Below, piece by piece: positions 35,801 to 51,100 of a stretch of 64,000 nucleotides of DNA (position 1 is the first letter of the stretch; each line of letters starts with the position of its first letter). The notes below the pieces were generated by a model that worked only from the letters and a program-made list of their open reading frames with translations, made no database searches and was not told the DNA's origin. Source of the DNA: Diadema antillarum (lineage: Eukaryota); contig NW_027272284.1 in NCBI RefSeq assembly GCF_040938485.1, positions 744,001 through 808,000 of the forward strand. The letters run 5' to 3'. A program made the translations under genes and the position numbers.

Positions 35801-38800
35801 TTGTGTTTCAGTGTCAGTACTGTTCTCATTGCATTCAAGATGATGCATTATTTCAGATCGCGATCAGAATCACTACCAAAACGTTGAAATTTTTACAGTG
35901 TGAACAGAAATGACATTTCACAAAGTTTAGGCTGCAATCCAGAGCGCAATAATTTGTGAGAAAAATGAATCAGAAAGATGCGACCCTGATCGTGGCCCAA
36001 ATTTTGCAATTTTTACAATGAGAACATACATTGTACCAGTCGACCTGTAGTCTACCAGCCTAGAACCAATGTGCATGGCATCTCTTGACATTTTGCCTGC
36101 AATACATTTCATATTCATGAATGTACACAAGTAGGCCTACAGTTTATGTTCTGATGAAAACAATATACAGCTGTGCACCTCGTCCCGCTGTACACCCCAA
36201 CGAGTGATGCAGCAACTGCTCTTTTCTTCTTGGAATGTGAATTACATTATCTCTGTACCATTGAATTGATGAACAAAGTCTACAAAATATTGATAAAGTC
36301 TAACACAGAGTTTTGACTGCCTTAATAGTACAGAGCTAGTATCAAAGTGCTGTGTAGTCAGGTGGACGACCTTGGCCAAGAAAGACGGCATCATTCATAT
36401 TTAATTAAACGTGTTCTACCGACAGGTATCCCTCCTATCAGCTGGCTCATATGCAGCAACGATATGAATATTGCTGCTCCCAAGCAGCAGTAGAATGTCA
36501 GCATTTATGGGATAACATGCAGTTCAATGACTTTTAGCCTGGACCGTGGACCCATGCCAGGAAATTAAGTGTAGAGCAAATTTGCGAGTGTGTCTAACAG
36601 GGCATGACTAGAACACCCAGGGAATATTGTGTACGACACAAAATATTTGCGAACACAGCCTAATGAAATTGATCCCCATGTAGCCATGCAGTCCTGGTAA
36701 TGAGAGAATGCAATAAACCAATATGCGATAATTCTCAGTTCACCATAATTGATGTCCTCTCACTAACCTTTTCCAGTAATTTTAATTTACAGCAAATACT
36801 TTTTTCCCGAATGCCTTCATTCCTCAAATCCCAGGTTTTACTTGTATCAACACAATGCAAGGATATTTTGCTCAGTTGTTGTGAGTCAAAATCTAGTTGG
36901 CAGTACTCTGCAAGTATAGCTCATACTACATGTAGTATTGGATTCAAAGGACTGCGTGAACATTGCCTTTGGAAAGAAACCAAGTGTATAAATTATACTT
37001 TTTGATCAGTTACATCTGTGTAAGTGCAGTACAAGTGGTGACATGATGCTGTATATGAAGATAATGATGATAACAAAGATGATAATTATAACTTAAATAA
37101 GAGGGGGAAAAAGCAAGGAGTAAAATTATGATAAGATAGTGATGATGATGATGATTATAAAAATGATTATGATCACCATCATCAACATCATTATCAGCCG
37201 TCTTTGTGATGTCACATCAGGGTTCGAAATTGGCGATGGTCCGCTGGCCATTGGCCACCCAAAATCACCTCGGACTAGCTAAAAATCATAAAATTCTGAA
37301 GTTACTAGTCCGTCTGGCTAGCCAAAATATTGCTTCAGTGTCAAAATTGATTCTAAGTAGTCCGCCTGGCTAGTTAAAAAAAAAAGTTAAGTGCGACCCC
37401 TGCACATGATTTTCATGTGACAAATATTCACAAAGTGGTTTTTCTCAAGAAATTTCAGTAATTTGATAATTGTGTTTTTTGAAAACAAATATGCTAAAGA
37501 TGTATTTATACAAGAAGTTTAATCTTGGACAGAAAAAAAAGAGTATGGTATGCTTTCAATGAGTAAAGCACTTGGAGAAAATAAGGAAGCTACACTTATG
37601 TCTTTTGTAATGTTTTTGTCAATTTTTTTTTTATCATTCATTTGATCAGAAAGCAAGGGGGAGGTGTTTTGGGATGGATAGATGGGGGTGAGGTGAACGT
37701 TAGACCAGATTTTATATTCAACACTGATCAGTGTATCACCGATTTTGATTTGCAATTTAAAAATAAATCATGTCATAGGTTTTTGTCACAGCGAGTTGAT
37801 CATTAAACTATCTTGTTGCTCTCATGAGTTACAGTCATTTACTTCTGTAGGATATTTAATTTAGTGCATCTTGGAAGAGTTCTTGTGGTAGCCTTAAAAA
37901 TGTGGGTTTGAGATGGGTTCTGTATATTTGGGTTGGATTCATTTGGTTTATTTTTGCATCCACACGAAGATACAAACATTACAATGACAAGTACCAATTA
38001 AATTTATAACAAACTATTATGCGAGAAGAAAACATAGGCAATACTTACATTATTGTACAACAAACATGTCCAAAACATGTGAATAAGTATATTAGAGATC
38101 ATATTTTTTCCAAAATGAGAGAGATAATTGAATGCAGATGACTGCCGTCATGAGCTGTTAGGCTGGAAATGGATTGGGCCTCATAACAAAATAAAAGAGT
38201 AAATAAAAATGAAAATGAGGGACGATTAACCATGTGAGGTTTAAATGGCAGAGTTCACTACTCTGAATAATTCAAGTGCATCCATAGACTCATACAGATA
38301 CAAATTGTACCCGCAGTGGCCTCGGTATAACACAGAATTTTATGTGACTGTGATATACCCTAGTAAATGAAGGAATAAAATACATGTATCCCTTTAACCC
38401 ACTGACAACGAGTCTTGATTATACTTGGGCATGTGTCTATTGGAAGTGCATGTTGTAGCAAAATCAGCCTGTCCTAAACGGGTTAACAAAATAGGTGTGA
38501 CTGTGTACCCTACGAGATGAAAGGATGATATTTCCCTTTAAATGTAGCATACAGCCATCAAACCTGCAGTATGCCTTGAGTGCTGCTAAAGTGTGATATT
38601 CAGTCCTAGTCCAATTATCATCTGAGTCTCGCATGAATTCTGGGGGCTGTCGGAAGTGGACAGATGCCTAATGACTTGGCTTACGCTGACCTCATTCGGG
38701 AGTTAAGTGTGCATGAGATGTGCAGAGTATACCAGAGTCGCGACTCAACCTCATGCATAGAATGTGTCGCAGTCGGTGAAACTACATGGTGTGAAATGAG

Positions 38801-41800
38801 GATGATGTACACATTATCAGCACCCAGATGCTGCCGTGTTTGACAGACAATTTAGAAATTATATAGATTAAAGGGGGAGATTGTCAATAAATGGATTGTT
38901 CCAGTCAGTTCAGTGTAATTTACTGTCAGGGGTTTGTTTCATATCAAATAGCCAGTAAATATGATGGACTGTTTTGAACAGGATGACATATTGAATACTA
39001 TAGGCACATTCTGGAGGTTAAACACACAAGATAATCAAGTGATCAATGTGTTCACTAAAAATTTTGGTTGTTTATCACACTTTTGATAGTAATGAATGTA
39101 AGGTATTGAAACAGACAAATAACATAAAAACAAACATCATTCTTTGTGTTCCCTGAAACCCTTTATTTCAGCCACTGTGTTAAATCCATGTGCTTCCTCT
39201 CTTTGTCCTTTAGCCAAGATCATTTTATTTTTCCAGTGAATATTGATAGTTATATGATTGTCTCATTTAGGGCAACATAAAGAATGTCAATGCAGTACAT
39301 ACTGTGTATAAACAACATGATTTCTAGCTGTCTCTTCCTCATAGACATAGATTGTAGACATAGTAACATAGTAGAATAAACTCGGTCATCAAAATATGTT
39401 TAAATAGCAGAGATAATAGAGAGACAAAACAGAGATAAACTAAAAAGTGATAACAGGGATTGAATGGAAACGAATTTTGATATGGACAAGATTCTCTTTC
39501 TGAATTGCCTTCCTTTTCTTCACAAGTTGTCTATCACAGTTTGTGCAAAGTGTGCTAGCATCTTGATTATTATCATTATTGCTAAATTACTATCATCATA
39601 ACCATTTCCATTCATTAATGTCAATTCATTAATTCAAGTCATTGTTGAAAACTTATCTGTTTACTCAACTTTAATTCTGTTGTTTTGTTGCTGTTGTTAT
39701 ATTATAATATTTACATGTACATACACTGTAATGCTGTGTTTCATTTCAATGTCATACTTTTTCTTTTCCGGATCGATGCGCTTAGAAACATCAGTATTAA
39801 GCGTTATATATAATTATGTTATTCATTATCATTATTATCATTAATTTTCTGCTCACAAGAAAGATTGCCTTTTCAGCCATAACTACAAGTAGGGCTGATT
39901 TTCAGAGAGGATCCTGGTATAATCATAGTGATAATGAAAATAATGACAAAGATTGTAAAATACATTCCAGCAACAGAATTGATATCAGAAAAAGAAAACA
40001 AAAATAACAGGAGCACACAGGTGAAATGAATGACTAACTTCTTGCCAGGGTTACAAGGCCAGAATAAAAACATTAAAAACATTCCATGAAAATATACCCT
40101 ACAATTCAGTTGATGCTTTTCTCATTATTCCTTCTTTCTCTAATTATTATTACAAGCTGTTGTTGACTTCTCATGTTTCTGTGAGTCTAGCAAATGCAAT
40201 TAGAAGTCCTCGCACTTCTTTAATTGAATCGTATAAATGTCTGCCGATGACAGCATCGTCGTGAAGGCATATTTATCGCACAGAGACTGGGGAACATGAG
40301 AATTACAGACGGCAATATGGAAGTGTAGTTCAAGAAAGGAGCCTCCTTGCAGGAGAACCTACTCCCGGGAGACAAATAAAATCTATCATGTTAGCGCATC
40401 ATGTCTCGGGGAAATTTTTTTTCCTCGCAGAAATCATCATCTTTTCTTGGTGAAATGGGAATCTCTGAATTTCACTGTGATATCTTACATTGGAGAAATA
40501 TTAGATGTATACTGACTGCAGACAGTAAAACTAAAAAAAAAGTAAAATGAATATGAAATTTGTTATGAAAATATGAGACAAATACTTTCATCTTCAAAAT
40601 GAATTTAAGATGCAGTCATAAATTCATTGCATTCAGTTTATAGGGGTATTGATGATTCTACAATTTAGCTTGGGGGCGGGGGTGGGGGCGGCGGAGGGCT
40701 GAAGGGCTGCACTCCCTCCCCAACACACTTAACAGGTCATTCTGGTCACATTGTCTACATTGTATGAGAGTTCATTCTTTGTGTGTCCATGCATCCCATA
40801 AATTGCTATGTCGGACAAGCTTAAATGCTACCTTATCATTAAAGGGAAAATATGACACTCTGCTGTGTTTTTTAGAAGTAAGGCTTTTTGTGAATCTTCA
40901 GGCTGTTGAATCAAATTTCTCTCTGATGGACTGTCATACATGATAAGGTGACATCATATGATCAAATCCATCCAGGTTCGCACACTGAGCAGTAGTGCAC
41001 ATTGCGTACATACAAGCAATGGTCCATGTATTGCCTTCATTCACGCTCACACTTGCAATGTACATCCTCTTGCGTTATGGACTATTTTTACAGGAAGAGG
41101 TCCCCCCCCCCCCCCCCATCCAAGCTATGTGCTGAATAGCTGTCTTGCAATGATCGCCATGGCAACGAGATGATGTGTTGAGATATTTAATAACATGTTG
41201 CTCCTGGAAGGTCCCTAGCTGCTAGCTAGTAGCTTACCTAGGATAGCACAAACGTCATAATATTATGATGGAAATACCACGTTAGACCAGCGGCATGTTT
41301 GTATGCATGAGAATATAACATGCAGGCATTGTATGGTACTAATGAGGGTACACTTTTCATATCTTTGTCATCATACATTTGTACTGCTTGTACAGCGTAG
41401 GTTCTGTCTTGCTCACATGATCATGAAAGAGTAGTCAGTCTTTGTCTTTGGTATCCCAAGATGACAAATACTGTAGGCCTTAATTCCTATCAACTTGTTA
41501 TACAATGTGTACATCATATGTCTATGATCGACATGTACAAGTTGTAACTCAGTGGATTACAACTTGTACAGATTTTGTTCATCTTTATGTTGTATCAGTT
41601 TTTTGTAGTCTACATGGAGAATGAGTTTGAAATTTGAAGTACTGTAAAACACAATATTTTTGCGAATTTTCGCGAATTAGAGCTGAAGGCCTTTTTCACG
41701 GCATGAAATGTTCGTGAGTTGCCTCTAGCATTCAATGCACTTAGTGTAGACAAGAACTTTTATGTGCATTTTAATTTGGCGAATCTTGGCTCTCGCAAAA

Positions 41801-42150
41801 TTCGCAAAATTAAAATGCACACGAACATTCCTTGTTTTACAGTATGTTCAAGATTCATGCCTTGCTCTACATGAAGTGCTTTTGACATGAATGTAAAAAT
41901 TAAACACACATTCAAAGCTAAATTTAGGTGGTTAGCTCCTTGTGTATAAAGTTACTCACTGGTCACTTGCATTTTGTTATTTATTTATTTATTTATTTTT
42001 GTCTGTCCGTTTCAGATCCACCACTTTACCTTGTATGATATTCATGCCAGGGGCTTCGTTCGTCCATTCTGCATGGCTTACATCACGGCAGATAAAAAGT
42101 GAGTACTACTCTAAATCAATTATCTTCAATGTCTTTTGGCAATGAAGAGG

Positions 42151-42181
<31 letters not shown>

Positions 42182-45100
42182 GGGGGGAGAAAACTACCAG
42201 TTTTAAATGCATAATCAACTCCCATCATACACAGACAATGTGTGTCACTGACAGTTAATAGCTCATAATGCTATACCATACTGTATGTGACCCTGCATCA
42301 CAAAACCAACAAAAAGTTGCCAGACATGGATTTTTCGTCAAGGGCAGATTGTAAAAGAGCATGCCGACTCTATGCTTTAAAATGGTGTATAACTCAATTC
42401 AAATAGACTCTCCTAACCTATCTAGATATTGCAAAGAAAGCACACACTCTGGAAAAGTGTGAACTGAGAAAAGAGGCTCTGAAATAAAGGGTCTTTTCAA
42501 CTGCTTAATCTTTACCAAGCCGCGCTAGCTGTGAGATGAATGGGACAAAACACAGGATGTAAACCACTGGAGCAATAACAGTGATGGGATTATCATATTA
42601 AGCTGAAATTAAGCATGCTTTACTAACACATTCTATTCATGATTAATGCCAACTTTCAAAGCAGTAGCGTCATCATTTCTATTTAAAGTTATCGGACTTG
42701 AAAATGAAGAGTGTGTACAGGGTTTTTAATAAATGAAAAGGGGACTCTCTTTTAGACATATCTAATCACACTATTCTACAAAAAAGTGTTTGAGAAAAAA
42801 CTGCTAAAAACACAGTTTTCTGTTTGTTTTATATTCCAAAACTATAAAATAATGTAGAAGAAGATTTGCTCTTTCAGAAAATATGAAAAACTCAAGATTG
42901 GCTAGGTTGACCCATTTCACCTATTTTCAATCCTCACACAAAATCACTGCATGCAACTCTTTGTTTGTTTTGTGATGCACAGTCACATGTCTTGCATGTT
43001 TGAAAACTATGTTTCATAGTACAACAAGTGTAAATCCACACATAACTATGTCAGGTGATGTTCAGGTATTTGATGTCAGGTGATGTTCAGGTATTTAAGA
43101 AGAGGGAGAAGTAGAAGAACTTTTCTTCGTTTTCTACATCTTCCTCTTTTTTTCTTTACCTTCATCCTTTCATCTTCATTGTTATCTCCTCCTTCTTTTC
43201 ATCTTCATCATCTTCCCTTTTTCCTTTTGGTTTATAATCATTATCTTCCTTTTCTCCATCATCTTCTCCTTCTTCCTGTTCTTCTTTATCATCATCTTTT
43301 CCTCTTTATCATTATCTCCTTCATTCCATCTTCATCATCATTTCCTTCCTATTATTCTTCATAATCACCACCCTTCTTCCAATATCTCCTTTTCATCTTC
43401 ATCTTCTCCATCATTTTCCTTTTCTCCTTCATCATGATCTCATTTTCCTTCTTCTAAATCATCTCCTTTTCCTTCATCTTCATCGATCTCCTCCTCCTCA
43501 TCTATCCCTGATGTTGACAGTGATTGTGTCTACCTACAGCTGATGTTTTCCTAGCCAGTGTCGATGTACAATGTATGCATCAGTCCAGCAGGTGGCAAAC
43601 CATGAATTTTTAACAGGTGGCATTTACCCTCCCTCTCCCTGCCTCACCCACTGCGGTGAGAAGATCCCAATTCAGCAGGCTTTAAAGGGATGGTGTAGTT
43701 TTGGTTGTGATGGGGGATTCAGATTTTAACTTTCTGTGAGATAATGAGAAGCCACTTATGAAATACATTTTATCAAAGAGCATACAATTCTATTCTCTAA
43801 GAGGAATTCAATGTTTATTTGATGAAAATACATTTTAAAATGGCTGAGATATCCAAAAAACAAAGTACATGTAAAACAAAGGGGTCATAAGAAAATGTTG
43901 ACCCCACCTTTTATTAGGACCTCTTTCTTCGATTTCTCAGCCATTTCAAAACCAATTTTCTTCAAATAAACTTTGAATTCTCTTAGAATTGTATGCTTTC
44001 ATATTTCATAAGAGGCTTCTCATTATCTCACAAAAGAGTTGGAAACCTGAAGCCCTATTTTAGCTAAAACTATATCATCCCTTTAAGTGTGGTGCTTGAT
44101 GTGTTATGCCAGTGTCAATATGTCCCTACCCTATCCTGTCCTCTGTGGCAGAGATATCTCTTACTGTGTCATGGTGATACAAGAAAGTCATTTATACACT
44201 AGTTGCATTGTGCATATATTCCTATTGACCCTTGTTTCAGACTGATTTGTTACATACCATTTTTGTCACGCTGTTCTTTAAAAAATGGACACTATCTTTA
44301 CCTACCTCTCGAAACAAAGAAACTACATGAAGACATGAAGTACGAATTTGTATCCTGAATATGCCATATATTTTGTGATCTTTTTATCATCATGAATTTC
44401 GCAAGTCTGGAATTCGCAAATTTCAAACCATGCAAAAATATCAACTTTGATCCCAATATGAATGTGACGTGCATGCATACATTTCTCTGTTCATTTTACT
44501 GTACTCCAAAATCACAAATTTAACCACTTGCGAAATCGTTTAGAAGTCCTGATTTGCGAAAAATTAGACATGCTAGGTATAAGGCATGTACAGTACATTG
44601 TATGTGTATGATATGTGTGTGTGTGTGTGTCTAAACATGACAGTAGATATCCAAACACCACAATTTTATATTAGGATAAATGTAACACTATCAAACACTT
44701 TTGATTTTGGCATGTCTGCAGCAAACTGCGCTCCAACCTACAGCACATCATGTCCTGCTTCAACCAAGTCAGTCAGTACTATCGCTATGGCAACTACGTC
44801 ATCTTCAGGGAGGAGATGGTGCGCCGACTGGCAGATCTCATCTACACCAAAGGTTTGTAACACCGTCTCGTTCTTGTGTAATGTGTTGAGAGATGTGTAT
44901 TTGTTAGACAGCACTGTGTTTAAATGGTCCATTGACTTTTTAGCTATTTGGGTGATTATAAGTGTTCTTGAACATTCAGAGCTTACTGTGTTATCACTGC
45001 ATTTAGCAAACTTTTTGGCTTAGCACGTTGTCGGGAGCAGCTCATATTGGTTTCTGTCTCCAGTTGCTGTGCCTTGAATGCACCTGAAACAGAAAGTATG

Positions 45101-48100
45101 CTGAAGAAAAACACACTTTGGAAAGCATAAAACATGGCTCTGGAATGATACCCATTATAAGTCATTATCAGCAGGATGAACAATTCAGTTTTACTTTCAT
45201 TGGGTCTTTTGACAAGCGTACTGCAATTGTTTCTCAAGGACGCATCCCTGAGTGATGATGATATTAAAGTTTGACAAGCATACAAAAAATAACAACAACA
45301 CCCCACAAAGATTTGTGGTTTTGAAAAAAAAAAAATGACTTACAGTGACCATGTTGCATTCTAAGGATGATTCAGCCCAGGTAAGCAATGATAAAACTCT
45401 TTCTCCATCCCTCATCCTCATAGAAATCATCAAGACACAGCTGGAGGAGACAGAACAGAAGCAAGAGGCGAGGGTGGAGAGGGCGAGGAGGCACAAACAC
45501 CGCAACAACCACACCCTCAACGCTAACTCAAACTCAAACACCAATTCACACTCCACCACGAACTCTGCCCCAAACTCACACAACCCCACCCACGATAAAG
45601 CCAACCCCACCGTCAAAACCGCCCGCATCAGCTCCAGTGGCAGCCAAGACGACGAGACGTGGGGACTCTTGGATGAATGTGACGGTGAGAATGAGGAGGA
45701 GGAGGTGGTGGTGGTGGAGGCGGTTACCAAGGAAACGGATGATGTTGTAGAGAAGGAGCAGGACTCCAAACCAGGGGAGGAGCCAGTGGGAGATAACACC
45801 AGCATTGTAGACATCCGACGAGAGGAAGAGGAGATCATCGCAGAGTTAAAGGAGTATGCTCGGAAACGGGAGGAGCTAGAGTCAGCGGAGAAGGGAATCA
45901 GGGAGATTGAAGTCATCCTAGAAGCTGTCAATCCGGCACTAGTGAGTTTGATTCATAGGGATGTGGAACAAAAACTATTATTGTCTATGTTATTGTAAAG
46001 TCATTCATGACTTGCAAGTACAAAACTCAAGCTGATACTTGGATTTCTGTAAAAGTTTGCCTGAACTGTATTTATATATGAACTTGTTTTGTAACAGTTT
46101 GCATTCATTTTTTTTTTCTTGAAAGTGTACAAACAATGCATGGCATATTTTAGCTCCTTAAAAAAAAAAATCTGATAACACATACTGTATAAGCTGTTAT
46201 TTTTGCGAGGGTTTAATTTTCACAAATTTCGCGAATCACAGTTGGATCGCGAATTTAACAGCACGCGAAAATGTCTCCATGCGCTAGAGTAATAGTGCAT
46301 TTACGTTAGCATCGGCATCAATTCGCGAAAACAACCTCTCGCAAAAATGCCTAGTTGATGACCTCATTCACAAAAATATCTGCTTGCGAAAATAACAGCA
46401 TATACAGCACTTGGCTGTATTTTGAACCATCCCTCTGTAGGCTGTTTTTTTTTCTTCAGATTTCGCTCCTCAATGATATTTATATTCATATTTAATATGT
46501 ATGACTTCTGGCTGATGAAAAATGTCTGTCATACAGTTTATAGGAAATTTACAAACAAACAAAGACAGAATCAAATTGTTAAAGCATTTCTAAAGCTGAC
46601 ATGGTATTAGACATGCTCCCAATCACTTTGCAGAATGTTCACACCAGGAATGAGAAAGTAGCTATAGAAATTTAATTGTAATAACGAGCTAATGTAGCCA
46701 TCAGCTTGTTCAGTGGATCACAAAGGGGGAATGGTTGCGGTTGGGTTGGACGTTGGACTTTCTGTCCCATCAATACATTCATAACGCCTGCAAATTACTT
46801 CGACAATCACAGGATCAAGTCTAAGGTTTTATTTGCAGAAATGGCATATGGTAGGTTTTTATGACTTGGGCATCTAAAGGCTTTTATGATACAAGTGTTT
46901 GCTTGTGCTTGTTATTTGTGCAGCATTGATTAGATATCAGATATAAACCTTCTTTGAGACCTCATCAACTATTAAGATGAGAATCCCCATAAACAGGATC
47001 TATATTGGAAGCAATTGACAAAAATTTTTACAAGATCATGAGATCAAACTTGCTTTATTTGTGATGAATGTCTAACAAACTACATCCTTTTGAGGGCACT
47101 CAGACTTGTTTAAATATATTGTTATATGGCTGTAGAATATATTTGATTAGATATTTACAAGTTACAGGAATCATACCCTTGCCCCCACTATTCTGCTTTT
47201 GGTGCTGTGTATGATATGGCAGAACTAGTGGCAAACCATACTTGTGTAGTACTGTATTTTTGGTCAAGAGTAGTTGATACTTTACAGTCTTAACATGTGT
47301 AATCCCCATATGAGCAGGACAGTTGAATTTATCTATTTTTTTTATACAATTAGAATTTTGGTCGTAGCTGGGCCTAAGGCACATATTTTGCTTTAGTACG
47401 CCTGAAAGGTGTTAGCATAAATCTTCATAAATAGTGATGTTGTCTCCAGCAGAGGTACCGTAGTTTCATTGCGGCCAAAAATGGCGACTCTGGTGTTTAG
47501 CAAAAAATTTGACACAACTCATGGTTTTGAGTGAAATATACACACACATTTTAGCAAAGGCAAATGCAGGCTATTTTAACCACACAAAAATGCTGAATGA
47601 TAGCTTAGTCTTTAAAAAAAAAGAGCAAATATCAGTAATGATGATATTTACACTTAAATACTAATCACAATTTGCACTCTTTCAAATTCCTGTGATTGCA
47701 ATATCTGCAATATAGATTTATAAGTGTTGTTTAAAATGATTCCTCTTTATCCAAGAATTATAAAATTACTAAAAGTACAAAGTGTAATAACCAACTAGTA
47801 TATGATTTACCAACAATGCCTGATTTTCACTTCACTTCCATTCACATTCTTACAGAAGAAGAACAAGAAAATGGAGATGAGGTACAGAAGACTACAGGAG
47901 CGCTACTCAGAGAACCCTACTACCAAGACCAAACCCCCTCCACCCAAGAACCTCCACAAGGAAGGGTACTGCAGCGATGAAGACACGCCCAGGCCTCCAC
48001 AGAGGAACAGGATCAGGAAGAGTAAGTGTCCCGCGACTTTTTGTGCTTTACCGGACTCTATATTTGCTTTGTCTGCAATCAAAATTGCTAAAGATTTATA

Positions 48101-51100
48101 TCTGTTCTCACATCATCTTTGTCAAAAACATCACACAATTTTTAGGAAGTGCCATTTGTAACTCCTGAAAAACAAGGTAAATATCCCCAATTTTGGTAAG
48201 AATCACCCCCAGTTTGGTACAAATCAATGCACTTTGCAAATTTTATAGATTATTTTTTTTGATTGACAATTAGATTATCTTCCTTTTCATGATCTGACTG
48301 GTGTAGCTGTTGTGTAATAGACCACTCTGCTCCTGTATCAGGGAGATTTTACCTCCACATTAGTGGATTAATGGATGGAGAGCCTCCAAACCCTGTCTCT
48401 CTCCTGATGGCCATGACCTTTAACCCCTATATATGCCATATTCATGTTAACCAGCTTTTAGAGTACTAAAGTATGATGTCATAGCCATTCATCGCCATGG
48501 AAACTGGTTCTAAACAACCTTACCTAGCCCATGTGATTATGTTCCCACCCAAGCTACAGCAAAAGACTGTGACATCATCACTTCTGTACTTCATAGCAGA
48601 GTGCCGTATGTGTGCATTATATGCAGTAAGAATTCACTTAAAACGTTCCTGGACAGATTTTTGTTTGTTTATTTGTTTGTTTGTTTTTTCTTGTTTACAT
48701 TGCTTGTTGTCCTCAACGCCTTCTGCCCATAAACTTTCCACTTTTGTTATTACTGGAATGATATTTTGTCATGGTCTAACCAGGGAGTTCCAGCCATTCA
48801 GAGGTGGTCGAGGAGACGGATTCCAACAACGATCCCAACGCCCCCTACCAACCTCAGATGGTGCGTACCGTTAACCCCCGCCGGTTTGACCGCAGTCTGC
48901 GCACCCTCCACGAACTCTGCAGCTATGGTGCCAAGGAGGGCTTGAATCGCCTCCGCAAGCTCCTGAAGGTGAGATGAGGTGGTTGCTATTGTCATAGCAA
49001 CTAGAGAGAGCATCACTGTGATGTAATTTGTGTTTTTATCTCCATGGTGATGAAACCATGAAATGTGGTCATTACTGCAGTTTTTTATCTTCAAGAAAAT
49101 CTATGCATCTATGCATCTTCATGGGAGAAAAATTCATATTGTTTTTTTTTTTTGTCAGCGATAAGTGTCATGTGATTGCTGCAGTTCTATTTCAATCACA
49201 GTCTCCTCATTAACATATTAATGTAGTACTGTAAATTTCTTTTGTCTATGATTAAAAACTGAAACTGTGGTAAAGTTGTGCACTTGGCAGTTTACCGCAA
49301 CATTAATGATGGAGAGGATCCTTTATATTCAAGCTTGGATAGTAATGTTTTAGTTTGACATGCTCTTGTGCGTTAGAAGAAAGCACAGATTCACAGTGTC
49401 TGTGAGAGCCGTCAGCTGTAATTTATTATCTGAACATCCCCTATCAAATTTAATGCTTCCCCCTTCCTATCTGTAAGATGGTACTGTGTTTTGTACAACC
49501 ATGGAGATCCAACCATTCCAAACACCCTGTATCCATTGCGTTATGTGCAAAGTTGTCACAATATGTACAAGTCAGGAAAACTCTGCAATGGGTAATGAGT
49601 AGAACTTCTTAAACATAACATTTCTGTGTTTGCAGTTTTGCTTTATCAGTATTTAAAAGACAAATTCTTTTAAGCTACCACTAGTCTTGCAGTGAATCAG
49701 ATAATTTTTGTATTCAATTGACATTGGTTAAATATTAGTTTGTAAGCAGCAGAAAGGTATTTGAATTCACTACATCAGGCAGTATTTTCTATTCATACCT
49801 CATGTGATGATTCCTCGATGCTGATTGTTTAAAGGTACAGTCTCTAGCTGCTATACTGCCTGGCAGTCGCCTAGCAGTTTTCAGGATGCGTAAAAGTATT
49901 ATATCTTACATGCATATCTACATTTTGAAATTATACTTTATGTAATTTTCCTGACTGGTAGCATGACAACTTCATTTCAATGCCTTAATTTAGCATAGAT
50001 ATCGTGAATGAAGTGGGATGTGATATATGAAACAAATGTCGACTCCATCTCTTTGAGTCGTGGCTCTCTGGCAAATAGTTTTAAAGGGGAAGGCTAGTAA
50101 CTGATCAGTGGGAATCAGTGGAAATGCTGGGAGATGATTGTTCCAATCCTTATGGGATTCATTCAAGAGTTCATTGTATATCTATTGTTGTGTGAAAATG
50201 ATTTGCTTCAGAACGGTCTCATATTCAAGTAATGTGCAGATTAATGCTCCGTCACTGACCAGGGACGCTAACCTGGAAGCATTAAACTGCACATTACTTG
50301 AATATGAGACCATTTTGAAGCAAATCATTTTCACACAACAATAGATATACAATGAACTCTTGAATGAATCCCATAAGGATTGGAACAATCATCTCCCAGC
50401 ATTTCCACTGATTCCCACTGATCAGTTACTAGCCTTCCCCTTTAACTATGTCCCCCAAAGCAGTCAATATTTTCTGCCAGGATTTAAGGGATGGTATAGT
50501 ATTGGTGGAGATGAGGATTTGTCTGTCAACTTTTTGCAAGATACCAAGAAACTGCTTATGAAATAATACAGAGCATACTATTCTAAGAGGAATTCAAAGT
50601 TTATGTGATGAAAATGGGGTTTGGCATGGCTGAGACATCTAAAAATAAAGTAAAGCAAAGCAATCCCAACAAAAGGTGAGTCCCACCTTTCATTGGGATT
50701 GCTCTGTTTTGGATATCTCGGCCATTTCCAAACCAATTTTCATCATATAAACTTTGAATCATCTTGGAATTACATGCTTTTTCATATTTCATAAGATTTT
50801 TCTCATCATCTCACCAAAAAATGTTAGAAACCTGAAGTTGGGTCTTAAACAAACTGTGTGATCCCTTTAAATGCATGTGCTGTCTCCTTTTTTCCATCTC
50901 CCCTCCCCCTCCTACCTTAGTTCTACTGCCGAGATGCTAATGTTCTCCACTTGGAGAAGCAAGAGTCGTCTCTGGTTGAGCCTTCCGTCTCTCTCCTGAC
51001 CATCGGCCGGACGGTCACCGTCAACTTCCTCAATGCCATCAACCTGTGAGTCCTGGACAGATCTTCACATTCTTAACCACAAGTTACAAATACAGTCAAA

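Noticed and set aside
34600-36700. Possible further decayed coding relic
   Set aside because: I could not assemble a convincing continuous frame or recognise a motif by eye.
45380-45423. Donor-like CAG|GTAAGC 44 nt upstream of the exon 6 acceptor (possible extra micro-exon)
   Set aside because: The implied intron is very short and exon 5 already joins exon 6 in frame.
45197-45931. 244-aa minus-strand ORF
   Set aside because: Antisense shadow of SMCR8 exon 6.
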